Positions 44,134 through 53,630 of a DNA stretch of 64,000 nt are shown piece after piece. A program made the translations under genes and the position numbers. Under the pieces are notes generated by a model. The model saw only the letters and a program-made list of their open reading frames with translations. It was not told the origin of the DNA and searched no databases. The stretch covers positions 448,001 through 512,000 of the forward strand of contig OZ246001.1 in NCBI GenBank assembly GCA_965230295.1. The letters run 5' to 3'. The DNA is from Marinicella sp. (lineage in GTDB: Bacteria > Pseudomonadota > Gammaproteobacteria > Xanthomonadales > Marinicellaceae). The number at the start of each line of letters is the position of its first letter. Position 1 is the stretch's first letter.

Positions 44134-44526
44134 ATGAGTTATGTACCAGATAATTTAAAATACACCGCCAGTCACGAATGGTTAGAAGACCTGGGAAATG
44201 GTGTCTATCGTATCGGCATCACAGAGTTTGCCCAGGCACAATTGGGCGACATTGTGTTTGTTGAATTACCAGAAGTTGATGAATCATATGCACAGGAAGA
44301 TGAATGTGGTGTGGTGGAATCAGTGAAAACAGCTTCTGACATTTATTGTCCTTTGGTGGGCACGGTAACTGCCGCCAATGATGCCTTAGAAGACAGCCCT
44401 GAATTGATCAATGATTCTCCCTATGACGACGGTTGGATTTTTGAATTGGAGTTGGGTGAAGATGCCGATATCGGTTCATTACTGAGTGCTGAGGACTATC
44501 GCAATTCGATTGCTGACGAAGACTGA
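44134..44526 (+). CDS. gcvH: glycine cleavage protein H
   Basis: SHEW, LGDIVFVELP, lipoyl motif VESVKTASD. Confidence 0.97.
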   Translation: MSYVPDNLKYTASHEWLEDLGNGVYRIGITEFAQAQLGDIVFVELPEVDESYAQEDECGVVESVKTASDIYCPLVGTVTAANDALEDSPELINDSPYDDGWIFELELGEDADIGSLLSAEDYRNSIADED

Positions 44527-44575
44527 TAGCCCGTATTATTGATTGATCAACCATTTAACTTAAAGAACATAAGTC

Positions 44576-45934
44576 ATGCCTTTTATTCCCCACACAGAAG
44601 AAGAGATCAAAGACATGCTGGACACCATTGGTGTGGCAAGCATCAACCAGTTATTTGATGAAATCCCTGAAGAATTGATATCTTCAAAACTTGACCAAAT
44701 TCCAAATCGCATGAGCGAAATGGAAGTGACTCGTCACATCAATAAGCTGGCCAAGCAAGACGGTACACCCACCTGCTTTGCGGGTGCTGGTGCCTATGAG
44801 CACCACATACCAGCAGCCGTTTGGCAAGTGACCACAAGGGGTGAATTCTACACCGCGTACACGCCTTACCAACCGGAAGTGGCTCAGGGTACCCTGCAAG
44901 TCATTTATGAATACCAAAGCATGATGGCCCATTTAACAGGTATGGACGTGTCCAATGCCTCGCTGTATGACGGATCATCAGGTTTAGCCGAAGCAATTTT
45001 GATGGCAGTGCGTGCCAACCGCAAGAGCAAAGGGAAAAACATATTGATCCCCAAAAACATCAATCCGGTGTATACACAGGTGGTCAATAACATCGTCAAG
45101 AACCAATCAATCAACATCATTGAAGTGGACTTCGATCCTGTGACTGGATTGGTAGACCATAACCACTTGAATTCATTTGCAGGTCAAGACATCACAGCAG
45201 TGGTGGTTCCACAACCCAACTATTTCGGTTTGTATGAAGATGTTCACACCATGACCAATTGGGCTCATGCACAAAAAGCACTGGTCATTGGCTTGGTCAA
45301 TCCGATGTCGCTGGCGCTGTTATCAGCACCTGGTAACTGGGGCGAAAAAGGCGCTGACATTTGCTGTGGAGAAGGCCAATCAATGGGTGTACCGCTGTCA
45401 TCAGGCGGTCCATACTATGGATTTTTAACGTGTAAAGAACCTTTTGTCAGAAACATGCCAGGCAGAATCGTCGGCATGACCACAGATTTAGATGGCAAAG
45501 AAGGGTTTGTTTTGACTTACCAGGCCCGGGAACAGCACATCAGACGTGCCAAAGCCACTTCAAACATCTGTACCAACCAAGGTTTGATGGTGACAGCTTC
45601 AACCATATACATGTCATTGTTGGGCTCTACCGGCTTGCGCAACGTGGCTGCCAATTGCATCAAAAACACCGACAAGTTGAAACAAAAACTGACTCAAGTC
45701 GAAGGCCTGAAGGTGCTGTTTGAAGGCGCAGGCTTTCATGAGTTTGTGGTCCAACTGAAATCGGTCAAAGCGGCAGATGTGATTGAGCAAATGGCCGCCA
45801 AAGATTATGTGGCCGGCGTAGACATCTCTGATCAATACCCCGAATTGGGTCAAGTGCTGTTGTTGTGTGTCACTGAAACCAAAACCGATGAGGATCTGGA
45901 TGAGTTTGTTGAAAACCTGAGCAGCTGCCTTTAG
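44576..45934 (+). CDS. gcvPA: glycine dehydrogenase subunit 1
   Basis: YTPYQPEVAQG, NASLYDG, REQHIRRAKATSNICTNQ; 452 aa alpha-subunit size. Confidence 0.95.
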   Translation: MPFIPHTEEEIKDMLDTIGVASINQLFDEIPEELISSKLDQIPNRMSEMEVTRHINKLAKQDGTPTCFAGAGAYEHHIPAAVWQVTTRGEFYTAYTPYQPEVAQGTLQVIYEYQSMMAHLTGMDVSNASLYDGSSGLAEAILMAVRANRKSKGKNILIPKNINPVYTQVVNNIVKNQSINIIEVDFDPVTGLVDHNHLNSFAGQDITAVVVPQPNYFGLYEDVHTMTNWAHAQKALVIGLVNPMSLALLSAPGNWGEKGADICCGEGQSMGVPLSSGGPYYGFLTCKEPFVRNMPGRIVGMTTDLDGKEGFVLTYQAREQHIRRAKATSNICTNQGLMVTASTIYMSLLGSTGLRNVAANCIKNTDKLKQKLTQVEGLKVLFEGAGFHEFVVQLKSVKAADVIEQMAAKDYVAGVDISDQYPELGQVLLLCVTETKTDEDLDEFVENLSSCL

Positions 45935-45956
45935 CTGTTTGTCCAACCTCAGTCAT

Positions 45957-45984
45957 AAAACCGGCTTTCATGGCCGGTTTTTTT
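45957..45984 (+). terminator. Rho-independent terminator after gcvPA
   Basis: AAAACCGGC-tttcatg-GCCGGTTTTTTT. Confidence 0.8.
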
Positions 45985-46029
45985 GTGGCTGACAATCAAG
46001 TTTAAGGGGTTTGGTGCTAAGATATATCA

Positions 46030-46551
46030 ATGATCAAAAACCTGCTCGATAAAATATTTTTTGCGGTTGGTGTGATGGTGTTTTTACAGTTGCCACACTT
46101 CATTGACCAATACACCCAACGCATGGGTGGCTACTCGGCTTCACAGGCAGAACAAATCAAAGAATACCAAAACATTGCTGACCAACATTTCAATGGCGAC
46201 TTAACAGCGTACATGGACCGCTTGCAACAAAATGCCGATCCCGCCGTGGCTGAATCAGCCAAACAAATGGCCAAGCGCCTGGCCAGTGCCGACGACATCA
46301 AAACTGAATTGGAAGTATTCGAACAAGAACCCTTGTGGTACCAACTGCCCTATTTCATTACCCACATGCGAATGGATCTGGCCCGGGGCACTGCCCAAAA
46401 TTTTTCCCCTGGCTTACCGATCAATCTATGGGCCTGGGGTTATGGTTTGGTCGGTGGCGTCTTGTTCAGTTTACTGTTTAATGGTATAACTAAGTCTCCA
46501 AAACTGTTGAGAAGGAAATCAAAAAACAAGACACCTGTACTCAAGGACTGA
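46030..46551 (+). CDS. DUF2937 family membrane protein
   Basis: QLPHFIDQYTQRMGG motif; terminal TM helices. Confidence 0.75.
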   Translation: MIKNLLDKIFFAVGVMVFLQLPHFIDQYTQRMGGYSASQAEQIKEYQNIADQHFNGDLTAYMDRLQQNADPAVAESAKQMAKRLASADDIKTELEVFEQEPLWYQLPYFITHMRMDLARGTAQNFSPGLPINLWAWGYGLVGGVLFSLLFNGITKSPKLLRRKSKNKTPVLKD

Positions 46552-46635
46552 TTTTAGGACAAAAATAATCACATTTAAGACAACAACTGATAACCAAGGA
46601 TTTTTTCAGTTATTATTCAAATCAATAGAATTCAC

Positions 46636-48048
46636 ATGGATACCATGAAACCAAAAACAAAACCCATAGCAATGATATGCTGGCTGTGCTTAAGTCTAAA
46701 TTCCCAAGCAGTTAATCTCAGCCCCAATGGACATGGAGAAGTACTACTTTACCCCTATTACACTGTCAACAACGAGCTGAATACTGTGTACTCAGTCACC
46801 AACACCACCGACCAGGCCAAAGCCATAAAACTTCGTTTTCTTGAAGGTGAAGCTGGTTATGAAGTGTTTGATTTCAATGTATATTTAGCGCCATTTGATG
46901 TGTGGACTGGGGTTTTGGTGCCCACCACATCTACCATTTCGGGACACGTAGGAGAGCCCAGCGTCTCCCACATGTCTCCTGACGCCTCCTGTGCGCCTTT
47001 CATCGATAAATCAGGGCAGGAATTTCTTCCTTACATCATTGATGCGGATGCCCCCAATAACAATTTACAACGGGCCACCGACGGACATTTTGAGGTCATT
47101 GAGCTGGGTGTCGTAACAGAGGGCCCAACCGGTTCTCTCGCGGCCTTGACCCACGTCAACGGTGCACCAGCTGATTGTACACAATTGCAGACTGCCTGGG
47201 AATCGGGTGGCTATTGGTTCTTTAATGGCGATGCTGACATTGGCTTGCCAACTGGCGGTCTATTTGGATCAGCCAGTCTGGTCAATGTCACTGAAGGCTT
47301 GTCATTCAGTTACAGTGCTGAAGCACTGGAAGACTTTTGGCAAGGGCCAGGCAGCCACAGTGAACCAGGCAGCCTGTTCCCCAACTTGGCCAATGCAGCT
47401 CCAGTATCCAAAGTGCTGCTTGACAACCAATTACTCACATCACAGTGGGCCACAGGATATGAAGCTGTTTCAGCTGTCTTAATGAAACAATCAATTTTCA
47501 ATGAATTTGATTTCACTGAGGCCAATGCTGGCAGATCAGAATGGGTGATTACTCTACCAACAAAATCATATCACACCAACAATGTTTCTGTGATTCGACC
47601 TTTTGAAAATCCATGGGATGGTTTTTTCGCCTGCGAAGAATTTCAGGCCACTACTTTTGATCGCGAGGAGCAATCATACATCATGGATACCGGTAGTGTT
47701 TTTCCTCGGCCTGCACCTGGAAGAAACCCGTCATTATGCTTTCACTCCAATATCGTTCAATATGAACCAGGAAGTGAAATTCCAGAGTTGGTTTCAAAAA
47801 TATTAGGCTCTGATAATTTGATCACTATTTACGATTTTGATCCTATATTTGTCACCGAAAGTGGTTGGGTCGATATGTTTTTTGACGATAATTTTCAATC
47901 AATGAATCCGGTATCAGGTTTTGGATTTTTTGGACTTCCAGCTATTGGCTTTCAAGTACAACAACTCACCAACGCCAATGTGCAACCTGGGCTGATTGCC
48001 CAATATGGACGCTTATTCAAGCATAAAGACAGACGGATTAGTTTCTGA
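46636..48048 (+). CDS. secreted cell-surface (S-layer-like) protein, paralog 1
   Basis: Signal peptide; GEVLLYPYYTV...NTT...KAIKLRF.EG...FDFNVYLAPFDVW; EWVITLPTK. Confidence 0.65.
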   Translation: MDTMKPKTKPIAMICWLCLSLNSQAVNLSPNGHGEVLLYPYYTVNNELNTVYSVTNTTDQAKAIKLRFLEGEAGYEVFDFNVYLAPFDVWTGVLVPTTSTISGHVGEPSVSHMSPDASCAPFIDKSGQEFLPYIIDADAPNNNLQRATDGHFEVIELGVVTEGPTGSLAALTHVNGAPADCTQLQTAWESGGYWFFNGDADIGLPTGGLFGSASLVNVTEGLSFSYSAEALEDFWQGPGSHSEPGSLFPNLANAAPVSKVLLDNQLLTSQWATGYEAVSAVLMKQSIFNEFDFTEANAGRSEWVITLPTKSYHTNNVSVIRPFENPWDGFFACEEFQATTFDREEQSYIMDTGSVFPRPAPGRNPSLCFHSNIVQYEPGSEIPELVSKILGSDNLITIYDFDPIFVTESGWVDMFFDDNFQSMNPVSGFGFFGLPAIGFQVQQLTNANVQPGLIAQYGRLFKHKDRRISF

Positions 48049-48064
48049 GGAAGGTAATAAAGCT

Positions 48065-49468
48065 ATGAGGGATAAAATATTGAAACGATTGAAAACCATC
48101 GGTACGGGTTTACTGATCACTCTATGTGGCGCTTCGCAAGCTGTTAATGTGAATGACTCAGGCCTGGGAGAAGTGTTGATCTACCCCTATTACACCGTCA
48201 ATAACAACCACAACTCTTTATACAGCATTGTCAACACAACAGCAGATACCAAGGCAGTCAAAATCACCTTTCATGAAGGTGAAAACGCGGCCGAGGTTCT
48301 TGCATTTAACGTTTATTTGAGCGCTTTTGATATTTGGGTAGGTGCTTTAACGTCCACCACATCTACCATGGCAGGTCATGTGGGTGAACCCAGTGTGGTA
48401 CATGTTTCTAATGATACATCATGCGCCCCCTATCTAATCAAAACCGGACAAGAATTTTTACCCTTCATCATCGACTTGGATCCGAATAACAACAGCATGC
48501 AGCGAGCGACTGAAGGCCACATCGTGGTGATGGAGTTAACTACATTCAATGGCTCGACCGTAGCCTGGTCAGATCATGGGAGCACCGGCGTCCCTGCTGG
48601 TTGTGAACTCATCATAAATGATTGGAGTGACAATGGTATTTATGACACCGCCGATGAAGCCGATCCCAATGGTGGCTTGGTGGGCTCAGCCACCCTCTTG
48701 AATGTGCTTGAAGGTACTGCTGTTGGCTATGATGCGATGGCGCTTGAACATTTCTGGCAAGGGCCTGGTCAACACACCGAACCTGGCAGTCTGTCACCCT
48801 CTCTGGGCCATGCATTTCCTCAGTCACTCAGAATGGTCAATGGTACAGCAGTGGCGACCGATTGGCCATCAGGTGCGCAGGCTGTATCAGCCACTTTGAT
48901 GCAACACAAGCTTTATAATGAATACGATTACACGGCTATTTTGAGCGGCCAATCTGAGTGGGTGATCACATTCCCCACCAAGAATTTACATGTCAACGGC
49001 ATCCAGCCATTGCCACCCTTCAATGAAATTTGGAATGGTGATGAAGCTTGTGAAATCCTGTCCATCAGCCTATGGGACCAAGGTGAACTCAGTGAATTAA
49101 ATTCAACAGCAAACGCTTGTTACAGTACCAATGTATTGGAATTCTTGGCCCCTGGTTCGCCTCCTGGCGGATCATTCAACATCCTCGGTTCTGAAAACGC
49201 CATAGAGGTTCTGGGTGTCGATCAAGCCAATGCCACTGCTGCAGGTTGGGCAGCAGTAACATTCAATGCACCTGGTCAGTTCATGACCAGCTCATCAGAC
49301 ATCAGATATTCCGGCTTACCTGCAACGGGCTTTATGATACAAAGGTTCGTCAACGCTGCTGCCCCTGCTGGAGCCCTGGCTATTTATGAAGATTTGTTTC
49401 CACACAGAACTCATTCTGTCATCATGGCAGCGACCGATTTAATCTATTTGGATGGTTTTGAAAATTAA
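48065..49468 (+). CDS. secreted cell-surface (S-layer-like) protein, paralog 2, with DLIYLDGFEN tail
   Basis: Colinear homolog of 46636..48048; start set at ATG 48065. Confidence 0.65.
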   Translation: MRDKILKRLKTIGTGLLITLCGASQAVNVNDSGLGEVLIYPYYTVNNNHNSLYSIVNTTADTKAVKITFHEGENAAEVLAFNVYLSAFDIWVGALTSTTSTMAGHVGEPSVVHVSNDTSCAPYLIKTGQEFLPFIIDLDPNNNSMQRATEGHIVVMELTTFNGSTVAWSDHGSTGVPAGCELIINDWSDNGIYDTADEADPNGGLVGSATLLNVLEGTAVGYDAMALEHFWQGPGQHTEPGSLSPSLGHAFPQSLRMVNGTAVATDWPSGAQAVSATLMQHKLYNEYDYTAILSGQSEWVITFPTKNLHVNGIQPLPPFNEIWNGDEACEILSISLWDQGELSELNSTANACYSTNVLEFLAPGSPPGGSFNILGSENAIEVLGVDQANATAAGWAAVTFNAPGQFMTSSSDIRYSGLPATGFMIQRFVNAAAPAGALAIYEDLFPHRTHSVIMAATDLIYLDGFEN

Positions 49469-49500
49469 CAAATCATTCTTGGCCGCATTGAAGGATGCAT

Positions 49501-49532
49501 AAAAAAAGCCGGTTATTTATCCGGCTTTTTTT
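49501..49532. terminator. bidirectional terminator
   Basis: AAAAAAAGCCGG...CCGGCTTTTTTT. Confidence 0.85.
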
Positions 49533-49554
49533 GATCATTTCATTGCTGAATGAC

Positions 49555-50052
49555 TCAGATGTAATCACTCCAATCTTTAACTCGATCAGCCTGCGCTTCT
49601 AACAAGGCATCGACATCACCAGATAATTCAATGGTTTGGATGCTGTCACCACCAACGATTGAATTGACGACGTCCTGATCTGCCGCTGATTCAACTTCAC
49701 CGAAAACCGAGTGTTTGCCGTCTAACCATGGTGTGGCCACGTGGGTCACAAAAAATTGGGAACCATTGGTACCTGGACCGGCATTGGCCATTGACAACAC
49801 ACCAGGCTTGTCGTGTTTCAATGAAGCATCAAACTCATCTTCAAATTTATACCCCGGCCCACCAGTTCCCGTACCGATGGGACAACCGCCCTGAATCATG
49901 AAATCAGGAATCACGCGGTGAAAGGACAAATCATTGTAAAAGCCATTTTTGGCCAAGTTAACAAAATTAGCCACTGTGACTGGAGTTTTGTCATCGGTTA
50001 AGTTGATGTTGATGTCGCCTTTATTGGTTTTGATGGTCGCTTTGATAGCCAT
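49555..50052 (-). CDS. cyclophilin-type peptidyl-prolyl isomerase
   Basis: [38 protein letters not shown]. Confidence 0.95.
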   Translation of the reverse strand: MAIKATIKTNKGDININLTDDKTPVTVANFVNLAKNGFYNDLSFHRVIPDFMIQGGCPIGTGTGGPGYKFEDEFDASLKHDKPGVLSMANAGPGTNGSQFFVTHVATPWLDGKHSVFGEVESAADQDVVNSIVGGDSIQTIELSGDVDALLEAQADRVKDWSDYI

Positions 50053-50215
50053 GTTGAACACTCTGAAAAAATTAAAAACTTTATATATGATTGATCCAAT
50101 CACATTTCAAGGTGTGTTTTCACGTGAAAAAAACATGGTTACCGCTTATAATCATTGGGCAAAAAATCTAACCCCAACCATTCCAAACAAATATTCATCC
50201 AACATGAGGACTGTC

Positions 50216-52327
50216 ATGACTAAAAAAATATCCATACTGGCCTACCTACTGCTGCTCGGATCCTGTGCCCAACAACCCGTTATCAAAACCACCAGCCAAG
50301 CAACGGAAACCGACGCATTTCTTTGGTTAGAAGATGTTGAAGGCGAGGATGCCATCGCTTGGGTAAAAGAACGCAATAAAAAATCATTGGATGTAATCAA
50401 AGCACATCCTAAGTTTGATCAATTGTTTGAAAATAATAAAGCCTTATACAATTCCAAAGAAAGGATTCCTTATGTCACCCAGATGAATGGCTTCCTGTAT
50501 AACTTCTGGCGCGATGAAACCCATGTACGGGGCATCTATCGCAGAACAACATTGGCATCTTACAAACAAGAAGACACTGAATGGGAAACTGTGCTTGATG
50601 TGGATGCTTTAGCCACTGCGGATGAAGAAAATTGGGTGTACAAAGGCATGTCATGTCGATACCCGGACTATGACCGGTGCTTGGTCAACTTATCTCGAGG
50701 TGGGGCTGATGCCACTGTGATCAAAGAGTTTGATTTGAACAGCAAGTCTTTTGTAGAAGACGGGTTCTATTTGCCTGAATCAAAAAGCAGCTTGGCATGG
50801 GTGGATTTGGACACGTTGATGGTAGGTGCCGACTTTGGTGAAAACAGCATGACCGATTCAGGCTACCCCAAAATCACCAAGTTATGGTCTCGTGGTAGTG
50901 ACGTGGCCGATGCTGAAGTATTATTTACCGGTGAACAAACCGACGTCGGTGTTTATCCTGCAGTGATCCATGATGGTGATCAATCCTACAAATTCATCGT
51001 CCAAGCGGACAGCTTTTACACCAGAAACTGGTACATACTCGATCAGGACAACCAACCCAAACTGATGGATTTGCCCAATGACATCGGGTTTTCAGGCTTG
51101 ATCAATGACCAAGCCATCTTCGAACTCAAATCTGATTGGCAGCCGGCAGATGTCGCATTCACACAAGGCAGTTTGATTGCCATAGACATGTCAGACTTCT
51201 TGTCAGGCAGCAGAGCCTTCGTTGAAATCATGAAACCTGATGACAAGACTTCAATCAGTTCGGTTTCAACCACCAAAAACCTGGTGTTGGTGAATACCCT
51301 ACAAGACGTGAGTTCAGTGATCTATCAAATGAATTTTTCTGACAACCAATGGCACAGCAAACCGGTTGATTTGCCTGCCTTTGGTTCCATGTCCATTTCT
51401 GGTACCAGTGACCAAAACGACGACGTTTTCATCAATTACAGCAACCACCTGACCCCATCAACGCTTTATTATTATGATGGCAACGCTGGTCAGTCAGAGC
51501 CCATCAAGTCATTACCGGCATGGTTTAACACCGATGATCTCAAAGTTGAACAACACTTCATGGTTGCCAAAGATCAAACCAAGGTCCCTTATTATGTGGT
51601 GATGCGTAAGGACCTGGAATACAACGGTAAGAATCCAACCCTGTTGTACGGTTATGGCGGATTCGAGGTATCTATGCGACCCAATTATTCAGCCACTGCA
51701 GGTACCAACTGGCTTGAGTCTGGTGGCGTTTATGTGGTTGCCAACATCAGAGGTGGTGGTGAATATGGTCCCGATTGGCATCAGGCTGCGCTGAAAGAAA
51801 ATCGCCATGTGGCCTTCAATGATTTCATAGGCGTTGCCGAAGATTTGATTGAAAAGAACATCACATCACCAGAACACTTAGGAATCTATGGTGGTTCCAA
51901 TGGCGGATTGCTGGTGGGTGCGGCCTTCACCATGCGTCCTGACTTATTCAATGCGGTGGTTTGTGCGGTGCCGTTGTTGGACATGAAGCGGTACAACAAA
52001 TTATTGGCGGGCGCCAGTTGGATGGGCGAATACGGCAACCCCGACATCCCGGAAGAATGGGCATACATCAAAACCTATTCTCCCTACCACAACCTCAAAA
52101 CAGACACCAATTACCCGGCGGTGTTTTTCACCACATCCACCAGAGATGACCGGGTTCATCCTGGGCACGCCAGGAAAATGGCCGCTAAAATGGAAGACAT
52201 GGGACACAAATACTATTATTATGAAAACATCGAAGGTGGCCATGGGGGTGCATCAAACAATAACCAATCTGCTTATTTAAGCGCTTTGGTATACTCTTAT
52301 TTATGGCAACAACTGGCTCCTAAATGA
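50216..52327 (+). CDS. prolyl oligopeptidase (S9A), lipoprotein
   Basis: Lipobox LGSC, YGYGGF, GGSNGGLL, DDRV, GGHG. Confidence 0.93.
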   Translation: MTKKISILAYLLLLGSCAQQPVIKTTSQATETDAFLWLEDVEGEDAIAWVKERNKKSLDVIKAHPKFDQLFENNKALYNSKERIPYVTQMNGFLYNFWRDETHVRGIYRRTTLASYKQEDTEWETVLDVDALATADEENWVYKGMSCRYPDYDRCLVNLSRGGADATVIKEFDLNSKSFVEDGFYLPESKSSLAWVDLDTLMVGADFGENSMTDSGYPKITKLWSRGSDVADAEVLFTGEQTDVGVYPAVIHDGDQSYKFIVQADSFYTRNWYILDQDNQPKLMDLPNDIGFSGLINDQAIFELKSDWQPADVAFTQGSLIAIDMSDFLSGSRAFVEIMKPDDKTSISSVSTTKNLVLVNTLQDVSSVIYQMNFSDNQWHSKPVDLPAFGSMSISGTSDQNDDVFINYSNHLTPSTLYYYDGNAGQSEPIKSLPAWFNTDDLKVEQHFMVAKDQTKVPYYVVMRKDLEYNGKNPTLLYGYGGFEVSMRPNYSATAGTNWLESGGVYVVANIRGGGEYGPDWHQAALKENRHVAFNDFIGVAEDLIEKNITSPEHLGIYGGSNGGLLVGAAFTMRPDLFNAVVCAVPLLDMKRYNKLLAGASWMGEYGNPDIPEEWAYIKTYSPYHNLKTDTNYPAVFFTTSTRDDRVHPGHARKMAAKMEDMGHKYYYYENIEGGHGGASNNNQSAYLSALVYSYLWQQLAPK

Positions 52328-52367
52328 TGATGAAGTTGATTTTTCAAATACAAAATAGAGGAATGAA

Positions 52368-53630
52368 ATGAAAATTACTGTCTTGCTTTTTTTGGCCTTG
52401 GTTGCCATGCCATCGGTTGCTGACATCCACAATGACGTCGATGCGATTGAACCCAAGTTACTGGAGTGGCGTAGACATTTGCACCAATATCCAGAATTAA
52501 GTAATCGTGAATTCAAAACCGCGGCCTATGTTGAAAAGCACCTGAGGGCTTTAGGCATGGAAGTGCAAACCGGGATTGCTTTTACAGGTGTTGTTGGTAT
52601 TTTAAAAGGTGATAAACCTGGCCCCTTACTTGCACTCAGGGCTGATATGGACGCTTTACCAGTTAATGAGCAAGTTGATTTGTCTTTTGCCTCTAAAGTC
52701 ACAGCCGAATACCGTGGTGAAACGGTGGGTGTGATGCATGCCTGTGGCCATGATACACATGTGGCCATGTTAATGGCAGCTGCAGAAGTCTTTGCTCAAA
52801 ACAAAGCTGACCTGGAAGGGACCTTGATGTTCATATTCCAACCTGCAGAAGAAGGCGCTCCTGGTGATGAAGAAGGCGGTGCAGAATTGATGTTGGCAGA
52901 AGGTTTGTTCGACAAGATGAAACCAGAAGCGGTTTTTGGCTTACATGTGACGTCCAACATGAACACCGGGTATGCGGCTTTTCGAACTGGCCCCTATATG
53001 GCTGCTGTTGATGATTTCGAACTCAAAGTAATCGGTAAACAATCCCATGGTTCCAGACCCTGGAGTGGCATTGATCCCATAGTCACCAGCGCACAGATCA
53101 TTAATTCTGTCCAAACCATTGTTTCCAGAAAAACCGATGTCACCAAAGCCCCTGCTGTGGTTTCTTTCGGCGCCATCAAAGGCGGTATCCGCAACAACAT
53201 CATTCCGGATGATGTCACCATGGTGGGCACCATCAGGAATTTTGATATGGGTATTCGTGATGACATTCACCACCAATTGAACAACATCATCACCCATGTG
53301 GCACATGCCAATGAAGCCGAAATTGAATTCAAAATCAATGAGGGCTACCCAGTAACCGTGAATGACCCGGCATTGGGTGATCGAATGTTGCCCTCTTTAC
53401 ACAAAGTTTTTAGCGAAGACAAAGTGGTTTATCCAAGTTTAATCACGGGTGCAGAAGATTTTTCATTTTTTGCTAACGAAGTTCCCGGCATGTATTTCTT
53501 TATGGGTGTCACGCCTATAGAACAAGATGCCAAAACCGCACCAACCAATCATTCGCCTCATTTTTATGTGGATGAAACCGCACTGTTGAATGGAGTCAGA
53601 GCCTTTGTCCAACTGGTCCAAGATTACTGA
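52368..53630 (+). CDS. exported M20D amidohydrolase
   Basis: LRADMDALP, MHACGHD, FQPAEE, GAEDFS. Confidence 0.92.
   Translation: MKITVLLFLALVAMPSVADIHNDVDAIEPKLLEWRRHLHQYPELSNREFKTAAYVEKHLRALGMEVQTGIAFTGVVGILKGDKPGPLLALRADMDALPVNEQVDLSFASKVTAEYRGETVGVMHACGHDTHVAMLMAAAEVFAQNKADLEGTLMFIFQPAEEGAPGDEEGGAELMLAEGLFDKMKPEAVFGLHVTSNMNTGYAAFRTGPYMAAVDDFELKVIGKQSHGSRPWSGIDPIVTSAQIINSVQTIVSRKTDVTKAPAVVSFGAIKGGIRNNIIPDDVTMVGTIRNFDMGIRDDIHHQLNNIITHVAHANEAEIEFKINEGYPVTVNDPALGDRMLPSLHKVFSEDKVVYPSLITGAEDFSFFANEVPGMYFFMGVTPIEQDAKTAPTNHSPHFYVDETALLNGVRAFVQLVQDY

Noticed and set aside
49949-50215. N-terminal extension of the prolyl oligopeptidase ORF
   Set aside because: Overlaps the divergent cyclophilin gene; the lipoprotein signal starts at about 50216.
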